Positions 5,765 through 14,770 of a DNA stretch of 25,083 bases are shown in pieces; position 1 is the stretch's first letter, and each line of letters begins with the position of its first letter. Origin of the DNA: a virus (Duplodnaviria > Caudoviricetes). Below the pieces are notes generated by a model that saw nothing but the letters and a program-made list of their open reading frames with translations, was not told the DNA's origin and made no database searches. The stretch is taken from the IMG/VR virus record IMGVR_UViG_3300023184_000485, positions 1 to 25,083 of that record; one strand, written 5' to 3'. The translations under genes were made by a program, and so were the position numbers.

Positions 5765-6202
5765 ATGTTACACATCATAAGTTCGCCGTCAGATTCATTA
5801 GTTTCGTTAATTCGAGATGATCCAGTTCGTCCAGAAATTGGAATAGAATTTCGTATAAGTGAGTCGAGTGAAATCATAGTAAGTCAAGATGAGTATGGTA
5901 AGCCCACAGCAGTAGTATGTGTATTGTATAGAGACAGCGTACCCAAGAGTAGAGAAGAGTTATTAGAGTATGCAAGTTATCAGCCAGTAGTAGCAGTATT
6001 TTACACCATATGGAGTTATGTACCCGGAGCAGGGCGAAAGTTAATAGTATCGGCAAGAAAGCACATAGCTAGTAGTAGACCAAGTATAAACAAGTATGTT
6101 ACACTAAGTCCACCCACAGAGATGGCACGTATATTTCATTTGCGTAATGGTGCTCAAGTGTTAAGTGTCAATTCGGACAGTGTAAACTACAGTTATGAAT
6201 AA
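5765..6202 (+). CDS. putative GNAT-fold (malonyl-CoA-decarboxylase-like) acyltransferase
   Basis: AVFYTIWSY-PGAGRKLI, YVTLSP and FHLRNGA resemble the GNAT/MCD core. Start is ATG 5765 or GTG 5744. Confidence 0.6.
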   Translation: MLHIISSPSDSLVSLIRDDPVRPEIGIEFRISESSEIIVSQDEYGKPTAVVCVLYRDSVPKSREELLEYASYQPVVAVFYTIWSYVPGAGRKLIVSARKHIASSRPSINKYVTLSPPTEMARIFHLRNGAQVLSVNSDSVNYSYE

Positions 6203-6752
6203 GCCAAAGATATATATAGACATGGATGGAGTAGTAGCAGATTTTCGAGCATATGCTACAGGTAAGATAGGCACACAGCCAGCAGTAGGTGATTTATATC
6301 CTGATGCAGATTGGCAAAGATTACGTGACAATCCACATTTATTTGCACAATTGCCCGTAATGGCTCGTGCCAATGAGTTAGTCAATATAGCACGTAGATA
6401 TAGAGATCAACTAGGGTGGGAATTAATGTTTCTAACCGCCATACCGCATAACAATGATTTACCCTGGGCATTTCATGATAAAGCTGAGTGGGCTCGATTA
6501 CATTTCACAGATATAGCAGTACATTTTGGGCCGTATAGTTCAGACAAGCACTTACATTGTAGTGAGGGTGACATCTTAGTAGATGATCGATTAGCCAACT
6601 GTCGTGAGTGGGAATCAGCTGGTGGAATTGCATTCCGAGTAGGTCGTACATTAGATAGTGTAATAGAAGAATTAAGTATAGATTATGAGTCCAGATTAGA
6701 TAGTCTATTACATGCTCGGAGTCTACGTAGGCTCATAGTAGAGACATTATAG
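6195..6752 (+). CDS. HAD-family 5'(3')-deoxyribonucleotidase (NT5C-like)
   Basis: IYIDMDGVVADF (motif I), FLTA, DILVDDR (motif IV), WESAGG. Confidence 0.88.
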   Translation: MNKPKIYIDMDGVVADFRAYATGKIGTQPAVGDLYPDADWQRLRDNPHLFAQLPVMARANELVNIARRYRDQLGWELMFLTAIPHNNDLPWAFHDKAEWARLHFTDIAVHFGPYSSDKHLHCSEGDILVDDRLANCREWESAGGIAFRVGRTLDSVIEELSIDYESRLDSLLHARSLRRLIVETL

Positions 6753-7462
6753 TGTCAGTAGTATTAGTAACCACTGCTCTCAATCCGCCCCCAGGAGTAC
6801 CGCATTTAAAGTTAGTCAGCCGTGGTCGCAGAGTAGTTGCCAGCAGGGCCGCAGTAATGTTTTGGGCCTTAAGTGGTATTAGCAAAATAGTTCTAGCTGA
6901 CGCCACTGATCGTGAATTATTCTCTGAAGATGATCTATCTTGGATAGTTAGTACAGGTATAGAAGTTGAGCAGTTATATTATCAGCAAGATACAGGATTA
7001 GTTCAACAGCGTGGTAAAGGTTATGGAGAAGCAAGATTATTAGAATATGCTTTAGAGCATAGTCGATTATTAAAGTCTGAGTCTAGTTTTTACAAATGTA
7101 CAGGTAAAGTATATTGCAGGAATTTTTCTGTCATAGACAATTTTATTGTCGACAGATCGATAAAGAATTGTTTTTGGCAGCATTATGATGATCGAGTAGG
7201 TTTTAATACCAAATATGTTGACACAAGATTTTTTTATACCAGCAGAGAGTTTGCTGTAAATCGATTAGTGCCTAGTTTGTTATCAGCTGATGACAGGGTA
7301 AAAGCAGTAGAAGAATGTTGTCATGGGTTATTAGAGTCCACAGTTGAAAGGACTATTAGTCCGCGGCCTAGATTATTAGGTCTAGCTGGAGGTAGTGATA
7401 GCTGGTATAGTGAGCACGATCTAGGTTATTTAGATCTAAATTATCCTACGTGGATTTGGTAA
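6752..7462 (+). CDS. hypothetical protein, glycosyltransferase-like
   Basis: GTG overlapping the upstream stop. GKGYGE..LLEYAL and FYKCTGKVY resemble proteins of polysaccharide loci. Confidence 0.55.
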   Translation: MSVVLVTTALNPPPGVPHLKLVSRGRRVVASRAAVMFWALSGISKIVLADATDRELFSEDDLSWIVSTGIEVEQLYYQQDTGLVQQRGKGYGEARLLEYALEHSRLLKSESSFYKCTGKVYCRNFSVIDNFIVDRSIKNCFWQHYDDRVGFNTKYVDTRFFYTSREFAVNRLVPSLLSADDRVKAVEECCHGLLESTVERTISPRPRLLGLAGGSDSWYSEHDLGYLDLNYPTWIW

Positions 7463-7522
7463 TAAAGTGCTAGTATAATAGGTATTTAAAAAGTTTTGCG
7501 CTGCCGCTTCGCGGTTAATATC

Positions 7523-8212
7523 TCAGCCCACGCTCAAAGATCGGTCATGTTCCTGATCGATGTAATTCTGAAGATTTCTAATCAAATCGCTGTTTCTCAG
7601 TGTTTTATATACTAGATTAGCGGTAGAATATTCTCCCTGTTTTTTGAGGCCTAAATGGCGGAATTTACGTAATAAATCCAAGGTTTTTCTAGCAGTTTCT
7701 ATGTTTTTTGACATCAAACTATGCCTAATTATTTCGCTCCATACTGTGCTCAGTCTTTCAATTTCGTCGACATCAAAGGGTCCGAGATCCTGTTTAGGTT
7801 CAGTAATCCATTGTCGTTTCTGTATGCTATAACTAGCACTAACAGCAGGGTGATCCAAATCCTCCACATACAATTCCACAGGTATACCATGTACCGTAAT
7901 GTCGTATTTGGCCTTATAGAGTAATCGTTTAGCGTCAAACAGTTCAGCAGCTTCCCTATCGCATTTAACACTGGAAAAGTCTGCTATTAGATGTAGATCC
8001 AGATCGCTGTGTTCTGTATAGAAATAAGATACTTGTCCTCCTGTAATACGCACATCCACCACATCAAAGGGTACATCTATAAATTTTTTAAAGTCTCGGG
8101 CTATTTTAATCAACGCTGACTCGATATCAGGTTGTAGTTTAGAGTCTTTCCAAATTTGAGGATTAAGTGTCTCGTGTGGTTCGAACCCTAGATTAAAGTC
8201 AAGTATCTTCAT
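7523..8212 (-). CDS. Pol-beta superfamily nucleotidyltransferase
   Basis: ITGGQVSYFYTEHSDLDLH (hG[GS]x9-13DhD) plus PVELYVED. Confidence 0.75.
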   Translation of the reverse strand: MKILDFNLGFEPHETLNPQIWKDSKLQPDIESALIKIARDFKKFIDVPFDVVDVRITGGQVSYFYTEHSDLDLHLIADFSSVKCDREAAELFDAKRLLYKAKYDITVHGIPVELYVEDLDHPAVSASYSIQKRQWITEPKQDLGPFDVDEIERLSTVWSEIIRHSLMSKNIETARKTLDLLRKFRHLGLKKQGEYSTANLVYKTLRNSDLIRNLQNYIDQEHDRSLSVG

Positions 8213-8255
8213 ATAAAATTATTTATCGGTTACATAATTTCATGTACAAACAAAC

Positions 8256-9023
8256 TTACACTGATTTTTTAATTTCTATAGTTCTTTTTTTAATTAACTC
8301 TAATATTGTAGGATCCTGTGCTTGGTCCCCATGTGGAACAAACAATGCTCTACGACGCTGATCAGCACCGTCTTTTGGTTGTGTTAGATAATACACAGCC
8401 ATACTTTTTCTATACACACCATCAGGGCAGGTTAAATTCTCCGGCAGGCCGTGCCATGCGTTTTGTGTAGTATCAAACAGTACTGCACGATTAAAACGAT
8501 TTTCCACGGTATCAATTAATTCTTTTGGTTGATTAGTTTCTAAATTGTGACTCCATAGTTCCAACCCACCATTCCATTTTTTATTCCAATCCGGAGTCAT
8601 ATATATTATCAAGTTATAATGACGTTGTAATTTTAATTTAGGATGTATACTATAGTCCAGATGTACGTTGAGTTTTCCGCCCTTATGGTGAGAATGCCAG
8701 CCGCCGCCGTGGAGGCCTATATCGGTCAGTACACCATCGTGTCCTACAATCTGTTCTATAATTTTAACAAACTCAGGACTATTTAAATAAGTAAATGCGC
8801 GATATGTTGTAGCAGGGAATCTATCCCAGTGATTGCAGGCTTTTTTGTCTTCCAAAGCATTTTGATAATGTACAGTCCAATCTATACTGTCATGATCTGG
8901 AATTTCTGCCACTAGTTGTTGAGCCACACTATCTTCCCAAAAGTTATCTATGATAACATGATTAAAGGGTGATGCTGATACAAATTTGGGTTGTAGGGAT
9001 GACCAAGGTTTGTTAACTATCAT
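8256..9023 (-). CDS. 2OG-Fe(II) oxygenase
   Basis: HLD (HxD), GGLELW, FNRAVLF, WHG, RKS motifs. Confidence 0.88.
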   Translation of the reverse strand: MIVNKPWSSLQPKFVSASPFNHVIIDNFWEDSVAQQLVAEIPDHDSIDWTVHYQNALEDKKACNHWDRFPATTYRAFTYLNSPEFVKIIEQIVGHDGVLTDIGLHGGGWHSHHKGGKLNVHLDYSIHPKLKLQRHYNLIIYMTPDWNKKWNGGLELWSHNLETNQPKELIDTVENRFNRAVLFDTTQNAWHGLPENLTCPDGVYRKSMAVYYLTQPKDGADQRRRALFVPHGDQAQDPTILELIKKRTIEIKKSV

Positions 9024-9054
9024 ATATAAGATATTTAATGCAAAACAATATTAC

Positions 9055-9083
9055 TTGACATAATTACTGAATTTTTATATAAT
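9055..9083 (+). promoter_or_regulatory. sigma70-type promoter for the GT25 gene
   Basis: TTGACA (9055-9060), 17 nt, TATAAT (9078-9083). ATG only 8 nt further, no SD. Confidence 0.75.
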
Positions 9084-9091
9084 ATTTAAAT

Positions 9092-9847
9092 ATGAAACTT
9101 TTAAATTTTCCATCAGTAAACTACACCAGTCTACGTGAAAGCGTAAACCGCCGAGACTATATGCAAGGTCAGTTAAAGTACCTGGGTATTGAAAAATCTA
9201 GCGTGTACATCACTGATAGGTTTACTGAATTAACTGATATAAAAATTACTGGACCGCTTATACATCAAATCTCATCTCAGTTTGGTGTAACAGTGTCTCA
9301 CCTAAATCTTATGCGTAATTGGTATAACAGTTGCAATGAGCCCTATGCTGTTTTTTGTGAAGATGACATTAGTTTTGAAAGTGTTAACTACTGGAATTTT
9401 ACCTGGAACGATTTCATGGAAAACTTACCCAAAGATTGGGAGTGTGTGCAGTTAATGAGAATGGTGTCTCCGTGGTATAATGATTCTCATCAATTAATGA
9501 AAATTGATTTAAGAAAAGGACGTTGGTGGGGATCTAACTCATTAATGAGTCGAGAATATGTACGCAGGCTATTGGAAAAAACCTGCAAGGGGTTTAATGA
9601 ATACCATTTAGAAGTTTGGGCAGGCGATCATGCAATTATTCCCATTATTGAAAATTTGTTATTCATAGGTATTGGCAACGTATATAATATACCTTTGTTA
9701 ATTGAAGATTTTAAATTTGGCACTATCTACAAAAATAAATCTGCCATGGCCGACGATGATCAAATGCGTTCGCATATTGGAATTTTGAATGAATGGAAAA
9801 CCAAAGGTCACACTTTAGATATCAAGGACATAATGAGGTTAGAATGA
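9092..9847 (+). CDS. glycosyltransferase, family 25-like
   Basis: SL..S..RR..M..QL, SH...W, VFCEDD, LPKDWECVQL motifs. Confidence 0.75.
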   Translation: MKLLNFPSVNYTSLRESVNRRDYMQGQLKYLGIEKSSVYITDRFTELTDIKITGPLIHQISSQFGVTVSHLNLMRNWYNSCNEPYAVFCEDDISFESVNYWNFTWNDFMENLPKDWECVQLMRMVSPWYNDSHQLMKIDLRKGRWWGSNSLMSREYVRRLLEKTCKGFNEYHLEVWAGDHAIIPIIENLLFIGIGNVYNIPLLIEDFKFGTIYKNKSAMADDDQMRSHIGILNEWKTKGHTLDIKDIMRLE

Positions 9848-9927
9848 CTACAAACGTGGGTTAAGTTTTTAGCCCAGTTTAAAGTCAAGTATCGCTATAT
9901 AAAATTATTTATTGGTTAAATAATTTC

Positions 9928-10488
9928 ATGTACGAACAAAACTACGCTGGTTTCTTAATAGCAGCCCATCCAAAAAGAGCAGATACTGTATTACGCAGAA
10001 GTGCAATATTAATCATTGATCATGACACTTCGGGTGCAATTGGATTACAAATTAATAGGCCATACACTAATAACGTCACTGTAGATAGTGTAATGCGTAA
10101 CATAGGACTAAACATTGACAACGATCAGCTCTTATATAATGGTGGCACAGAAAGTTCCAACCGTATACACATCATACATACATTAGATTGGTTTAGTCCC
10201 ACTACTAATAAGATCACAGAGCAAATTGGTATCAGTAGTGATTTATCTGTATTAACAGCAATTAGTAAACAAGAAGGTCCTAATCAGTTTAGAGCTATAG
10301 CAGGGTTTACACGTTGGTTGCCCGGTCATCTAGAGGGAGAAATATTAGGTGAAGCCCCATGGAACATCAATCAAAGTTGGTCATTCACCCGTGCAGAGCC
10401 TGATCTAGTATTTGGTTATACAGACATTGATCAGTGGCACAAGGTTATTGCTGATTCCAGTAAACAGCAAGTAGCCAGTTGGTTTTAA
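9928..10488 (+). CDS. YqgE/AlgH (DUF179) family protein
   Basis: FLIAAHP, LIIDHD..GAIGLQINRP, LYNGG, AGF..W.PG.LEGEI, and W residues match the family layout. Confidence 0.82.
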   Translation: MYEQNYAGFLIAAHPKRADTVLRRSAILIIDHDTSGAIGLQINRPYTNNVTVDSVMRNIGLNIDNDQLLYNGGTESSNRIHIIHTLDWFSPTTNKITEQIGISSDLSVLTAISKQEGPNQFRAIAGFTRWLPGHLEGEILGEAPWNINQSWSFTRAEPDLVFGYTDIDQWHKVIADSSKQQVASWF

Positions 10489-11969
10489 TCTTTTTCGCTG
10501 TTCATATTAGCTAGCATTGATCTAATATCGCTGGCCACTTTAATTGGAGTTCGATTAGGTTTATCAATGCTCCATCCTTCAGCAGGAGTAGGGCGTTCCC
10601 ATTTAACATCTCCTGTAGATTCATCTGTACTTGTAGTCACTGTGCTGGTACGTTTAAAACCCTTCATCATTGAGCTTGTACCGTTTTCAGATTTCTGTTG
10701 ACTAAAGCTACTTTCCATTTCATCCTCACCTAGGTCGGTAATGCGTAGAGTATCAACATTAAATTCTAAATCTACTTTTTGACCTACGCCACTGCTACTA
10801 CGTGTTTTCATAAATTGAATTTGATAACGTCCACGTTCTTTCATAGCCCTAGATGTAAAGATACCAATGACATTATCTGCTGTCATAATCTTACTCAATC
10901 CACCGCTGATATGACTGTGATCAAATTCAATCTCTTCAACTGCACTACGATTCAACTGACTAGCTGTAACAGTAATACATTGTGTTTCCATAGCCAAGTT
11001 ACGAATTTCTTCACTAACATATTTGTCCTTAACAAACAAGTCGCTAGGGCTAACCTTCACTGACAATGGCATCATTAAGTCCAAATAGTCAATTAAGATA
11101 ACGTCAGGTTTACATCCTTTTTTAACTTGATATTCTTTTAGATATGCTCTAAGGTCGTTACAGTTCTTGCCGCTGGGCATATATTTTACTTGTAAGTGTC
11201 CAGACTTTTTACCTAGAACTTTAACTTTAAGTTCAACGTCGTCTAGATTCTTAAAGATCTCTCTGGTACCAATGCCAGTCATCATAGAGTCCAAACGCAT
11301 AGCCACAAGACCCTCGCTCAACTCAAATGTTAGATATAGCACATTAAGTCCTTGTAGTGCCCAGTTCACTCCTAAGTTTGCTAAGAACAAACTCTTACCG
11401 CCTCCTGATCCTGCACAGAAAATATTCAGTTCACCTCTGTTAAAGCCGCCGTAGAGTTTTCTATCAATGCTAGGCCATCCTGTGGATATTTGTCCATTAC
11501 CGTCTTTGAGTTTAGTTAGTCTTGCTCTAGGGTCCTCAAAGTAATCTGTACCCATATCCTTGTTTAGCGATATCTGTATAGCGTCTTTAATCAGTTTCTC
11601 CACTGGTCCATAGTCGCCTGCTTCCAGCAAATCGGCACTCTCAATAATGGCACGTTCAAGTCCTTTATGTCTACTAAAGTTTTCAAACTCGTCCATAAGC
11701 CACTCATAGTTTTCTCTAGGTAGTTGTATAGATTGCAGATCAGATCTACAAGCTGCATTAACAATAGCTACTTCGGGCATGACTTTATAGTCGTCAACAT
11801 ATTTGGTAACAAACGATGCTGTGTCCTGGAATCTTTGATCAAAGTTTAGTGGATCAAATATATTTTGGCAACGTGCAAAAGTTTCAGCATCTGATAAGAA
11901 CATCTCCAAATATAGTTTCTGCATCTCAGCAGTATAGTTTGGTTTAGGTGTTTTTTCTTTTTTATTCAT
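10485..11969 (-). CDS. DnaB-like replicative helicase (T4 gp41-like)
   Basis: STGWPSID, Walker A AGSGGGKS, IDYLDLM, TASQLNR, KTR motifs. Confidence 0.93.
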   Translation of the reverse strand: MNKKEKTPKPNYTAEMQKLYLEMFLSDAETFARCQNIFDPLNFDQRFQDTASFVTKYVDDYKVMPEVAIVNAACRSDLQSIQLPRENYEWLMDEFENFSRHKGLERAIIESADLLEAGDYGPVEKLIKDAIQISLNKDMGTDYFEDPRARLTKLKDGNGQISTGWPSIDRKLYGGFNRGELNIFCAGSGGGKSLFLANLGVNWALQGLNVLYLTFELSEGLVAMRLDSMMTGIGTREIFKNLDDVELKVKVLGKKSGHLQVKYMPSGKNCNDLRAYLKEYQVKKGCKPDVILIDYLDLMMPLSVKVSPSDLFVKDKYVSEEIRNLAMETQCITVTASQLNRSAVEEIEFDHSHISGGLSKIMTADNVIGIFTSRAMKERGRYQIQFMKTRSSSGVGQKVDLEFNVDTLRITDLGEDEMESSFSQQKSENGTSSMMKGFKRTSTVTTSTDESTGDVKWERPTPAEGWSIDKPNRTPIKVASDIRSMLANMNSEKD

Positions 11970-12957
11970 CTGTTAGGGCCTCTAGTTTTTTCTGTAGTAA
12001 TTGTATTTTTATCTTATTTGTTTCTTGATAGTGTAAGATTGTGGTTAGGGTGTAGAGCCTGCCGTATTTTTTAACAGCATCGGCAACATCTTTAACATCA
12101 TCTTCCCAAGGTGGTAAGCTCACTGTCCACCCGTTGTTCAATGCTGCTTTGACTAATTTGGCACCCGGACGATCTCTATCGGGTACAACAATAACCTGTT
12201 TACCTATGGCATTTAATCTAGCACATTGAGTTTCGTTAGGTTCATTGGTCATAATAGCAGCACCATCTATGGCTATGGCATCAAATTGTCCTTCTACAAC
12301 TATAACATACGCTCTATCATAAGTCTGTCTATCTAAGTTAAACACATAGCCGTTTTGGCTATCAGTAAGATATTTAGGTTTACCATTTGTAATTTTACGT
12401 CCAGTATAGCCGACTACTCGACCTTTGTCATAGAATGGAACAATAACTCTATCACGGAATCCAGGTGCTGCACTCCAATGCCAATTGTACCAATTATATT
12501 CCATGCCTCTGTTCAGTAGATAATCAATAACTGATAAGAGTTCTGGTTCTTGACAACCTTGTTCAACCCATTGATTAATACTCTGGCATTCATCAGGTAA
12601 CGGACGTTCCATTAGATCAAACACCAATGCTCGTTTTACCTGAGGCTGATCTTCTTTAAATTTAAGAGTTACCAATCCAATTTTGCTGATATCCGAGTCG
12701 GCCATACCACACCATTTGAACAATAGTTTAGTATTATTGCTGAGTAGTTTTCCAGGACTCCAACCTGCTTTAAATCCGCAGTTAAAACAGTGATAAGTAA
12801 ATCCCTCATCAGTAAACATCACTCCGCCGCGTTTTTTAGTATCTGGTTTCTCACCTTTATGATGGCAACAGACCGCATTGAAACTTATCCAACCGCCAGT
12901 AGTTAGTTTTCTATTTGGAGGTAGTAGAGCCTGTAATGCTGCCTGAATCTGATTCAT
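11962..12957 (-). CDS. DNA primase (T4 gp61-like)
   Basis: N-terminal Zn ribbon (CC...YHCFNCG), TOPRIM VVEGQFDA and PDRD, KDVAD. Adjacent to the helicase. Confidence 0.9.
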   Translation of the reverse strand: MNQIQAALQALLPPNRKLTTGGWISFNAVCCHHKGEKPDTKKRGGVMFTDEGFTYHCFNCGFKAGWSPGKLLSNNTKLLFKWCGMADSDISKIGLVTLKFKEDQPQVKRALVFDLMERPLPDECQSINQWVEQGCQEPELLSVIDYLLNRGMEYNWYNWHWSAAPGFRDRVIVPFYDKGRVVGYTGRKITNGKPKYLTDSQNGYVFNLDRQTYDRAYVIVVEGQFDAIAIDGAAIMTNEPNETQCARLNAIGKQVIVVPDRDRPGAKLVKAALNNGWTVSLPPWEDDVKDVADAVKKYGRLYTLTTILHYQETNKIKIQLLQKKLEALTDE

Positions 12958-12962
12958 GCACT

Positions 12963-12991
12963 ATTTTAGCTTCTATATAGTACCTTGTCAA
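12963..12991 (-). promoter_or_regulatory. sigma70-type promoter for primase-helicase
   Basis: Minus strand TTGACA (12991-12986), 17 nt, TAAAAT (12968-12963), 5 nt, ATG. Confidence 0.75.
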
Positions 12992-13802
12992 GTGAACCGA
13001 AAAAAGCAGGAGTGTTATTAGAAGCATTAGGAGGTGGGCCGGCAGCTGGAATATGTACAATTCGAACGTAACTATATACGCCATTGAAGTTAACGTAGTC
13101 TATGCCCGTAAATCCGTTATATAATTTAGTTTCTATGGTATCATAACCGCGATCATCTGTGGGATTATTATCCAATGTTCCCTGTATCAACACACTGCCT
13201 TTATATGCTGTCATATATATTGCTGCGGTGTGTAATGCTGAGTTTCCGTTATATTCTGGACTAGCATAGATATTACCACTTTTGTGTTCATATAAGTGAG
13301 TAGTATTATTATAAGTTGGATTGAAACTAGTAACCGTAGTACTATCTTTTAATACAGGGAATACGTCATTATTAAGATGTATAGTACCGTTTATACCATA
13401 ATAGGTATTGGCATAAGCAGGAGTATAAGATCCATCTGTATCCAGTACTTTCACACTGTAGGTATAGCTAGATTTATCAAGATCCAATGTATCGTTTTCG
13501 TTAAGTGTAAGTAGTGCTAGGCCTTTGCTGGTAGTAGTTTCTGCCAATACCTCTAATTGTTTTTCTACAATAATCCGTTGATTTATAGCATCAAACATAC
13601 TAAACACAAAGAGTGTGCTAGTAGAAATTGATATACGTTTTTGGTCGCTGTTTTTGAATTGAATCTTAATTTGATTCTTAATTCCTTTTTGTACTGATAG
13701 GTCTCGTTGATACATAACCTGATTAACTCCCCTGATTGTAGCGTCCAAATCTAGTGTAACGTCGAGTTTGTTTGTGTATAAATAGATTGGTAAAATTTGC
13801 AT
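12966..13802 (-). CDS. hypothetical beta-rich protein, possibly virion/baseplate-associated
   Basis: Start at MQILPIY (13802) behind late-type ATAAATA. T/S/N/Y-rich beta-strand composition. Confidence 0.65.
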   Translation of the reverse strand: MQILPIYLYTNKLDVTLDLDATIRGVNQVMYQRDLSVQKGIKNQIKIQFKNSDQKRISISTSTLFVFSMFDAINQRIIVEKQLEVLAETTTSKGLALLTLNENDTLDLDKSSYTYSVKVLDTDGSYTPAYANTYYGINGTIHLNNDVFPVLKDSTTVTSFNPTYNNTTHLYEHKSGNIYASPEYNGNSALHTAAIYMTAYKGSVLIQGTLDNNPTDDRGYDTIETKLYNGFTGIDYVNFNGVYSYVRIVHIPAAGPPPNASNNTPAFFGSLDKVLYRS

Positions 13803-13813
13803 AAAGTATTTAT
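13777..13813. promoter_or_regulatory. opposed T4-late-type promoter boxes
   Basis: TATAAATA on + (13777-13784) serving 13824. ATAAATA on - (13813-13807) serving 13802. Confidence 0.6.
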
Positions 13814-13823
13814 TTAAAACCCA

Positions 13824-14198
13824 ATGAGTAACCAATTCCAGGAAAATTTCCCATTTATTTCGTGTTTAAAGTCTAATGATCGAGAATATGTGGGTATTGT
13901 CATTAATTGTGATGACTATGTTTCCAGCATTTATGATTTATCAATGATCATTAATGAAAAACAAAGAGTATCATTCTTAGAATTAGGAGAAATTTGGTGG
14001 TGGGAAAGTAATCGTAAAATACCCATCAATATATTTCTCAAGCAAGAAATGCAATTATTCAGACCTTATATAAAAACGTTTAGCAGCAAGGATGTAGAGA
14101 TTGTTTTTGGTCCTACAGTAAATCTCAGTGAAATTGCCGAAAAACGCATTAAGCGTAAATCAATACAACTAGTAAGATCTATGCGGAATTTACGTTAG
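13824..14198 (+). CDS. hypothetical phage protein (124 aa)
   Basis: Clean ORF filling the gap; GEIWWWESNRKIPINIFL motif. Confidence 0.8.
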   Translation: MSNQFQENFPFISCLKSNDREYVGIVINCDDYVSSIYDLSMIINEKQRVSFLELGEIWWWESNRKIPINIFLKQEMQLFRPYIKTFSSKDVEIVFGPTVNLSEIAEKRIKRKSIQLVRSMRNLR

Positions 14199-14770
14199 GT
14201 ATATCCGTAACTAATTTTTTCACAAATTAGATTTAACTGAACCACAATAACACTAGCATAGGAAACAGCATGAGCCTTCTTAAAGAAATAGGCATCTTCA
14301 GTTTTAGTCCATATTTCATCCTTGATAGACTGGAATCCTTTTTCCTTGCATATTGGGATGAGATGTTTCTTACCAGGTCTAATCATAGCAAGGACCATGG
14401 CTAGTTCAATAATGCTTGTGGGTTTCAATTCGGCCAACAGATTGTGATATCCATTAATATGGAATAGTTGATCGCATACATCTTTTTCGTATAGTAGATC
14501 CCACAATGGTTCATTGTTAAGTAATTCAATAATATGGTCTTCGTTCCTAACGCCATTATAGGCACCGACATTTAAAAAGTCAATTTTAAAATATCCACGT
14601 TCTTCAGCAGATTTGTAATCTAGACTAGCAGTATCAGTTAATGGATTGTAGGGAATTTCGTGACAATAAACGCCAGTGTTATGTTTCTTTCCATCTTCAA
14701 GACGTGCCGGAATATGCTTGATTATGTCAAGCACTTGTTTTCTATCAGGAAAATCAATATCAATATCCAT
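14195..14770 (-). CDS. miniature DNA polymerase III alpha (DnaE)-like catalytic protein
   Basis: DIDIDF, HNTGV, GYFKIDFL, AMIRPG and YFFKKAHAVSYA match DnaE palm/finger motifs in order, in only 191 aa. Confidence 0.85.
   Translation of the reverse strand: MDIDIDFPDRKQVLDIIKHIPARLEDGKKHNTGVYCHEIPYNPLTDTASLDYKSAEERGYFKIDFLNVGAYNGVRNEDHIIELLNNEPLWDLLYEKDVCDQLFHINGYHNLLAELKPTSIIELAMVLAMIRPGKKHLIPICKEKGFQSIKDEIWTKTEDAYFFKKAHAVSYASVIVVQLNLICEKISYGYT

Noticed and set aside
7503-7515. CCGC-TTC-GCGG mini-hairpin between convergent genes
   Set aside because: Possibly a terminator element, but the stem is too short to support a call.
13803-13835. N-terminal extension of the 12966 ORF to 13835
   Set aside because: It overlaps the divergent gene's start; ATG 13802 follows a late-type box.
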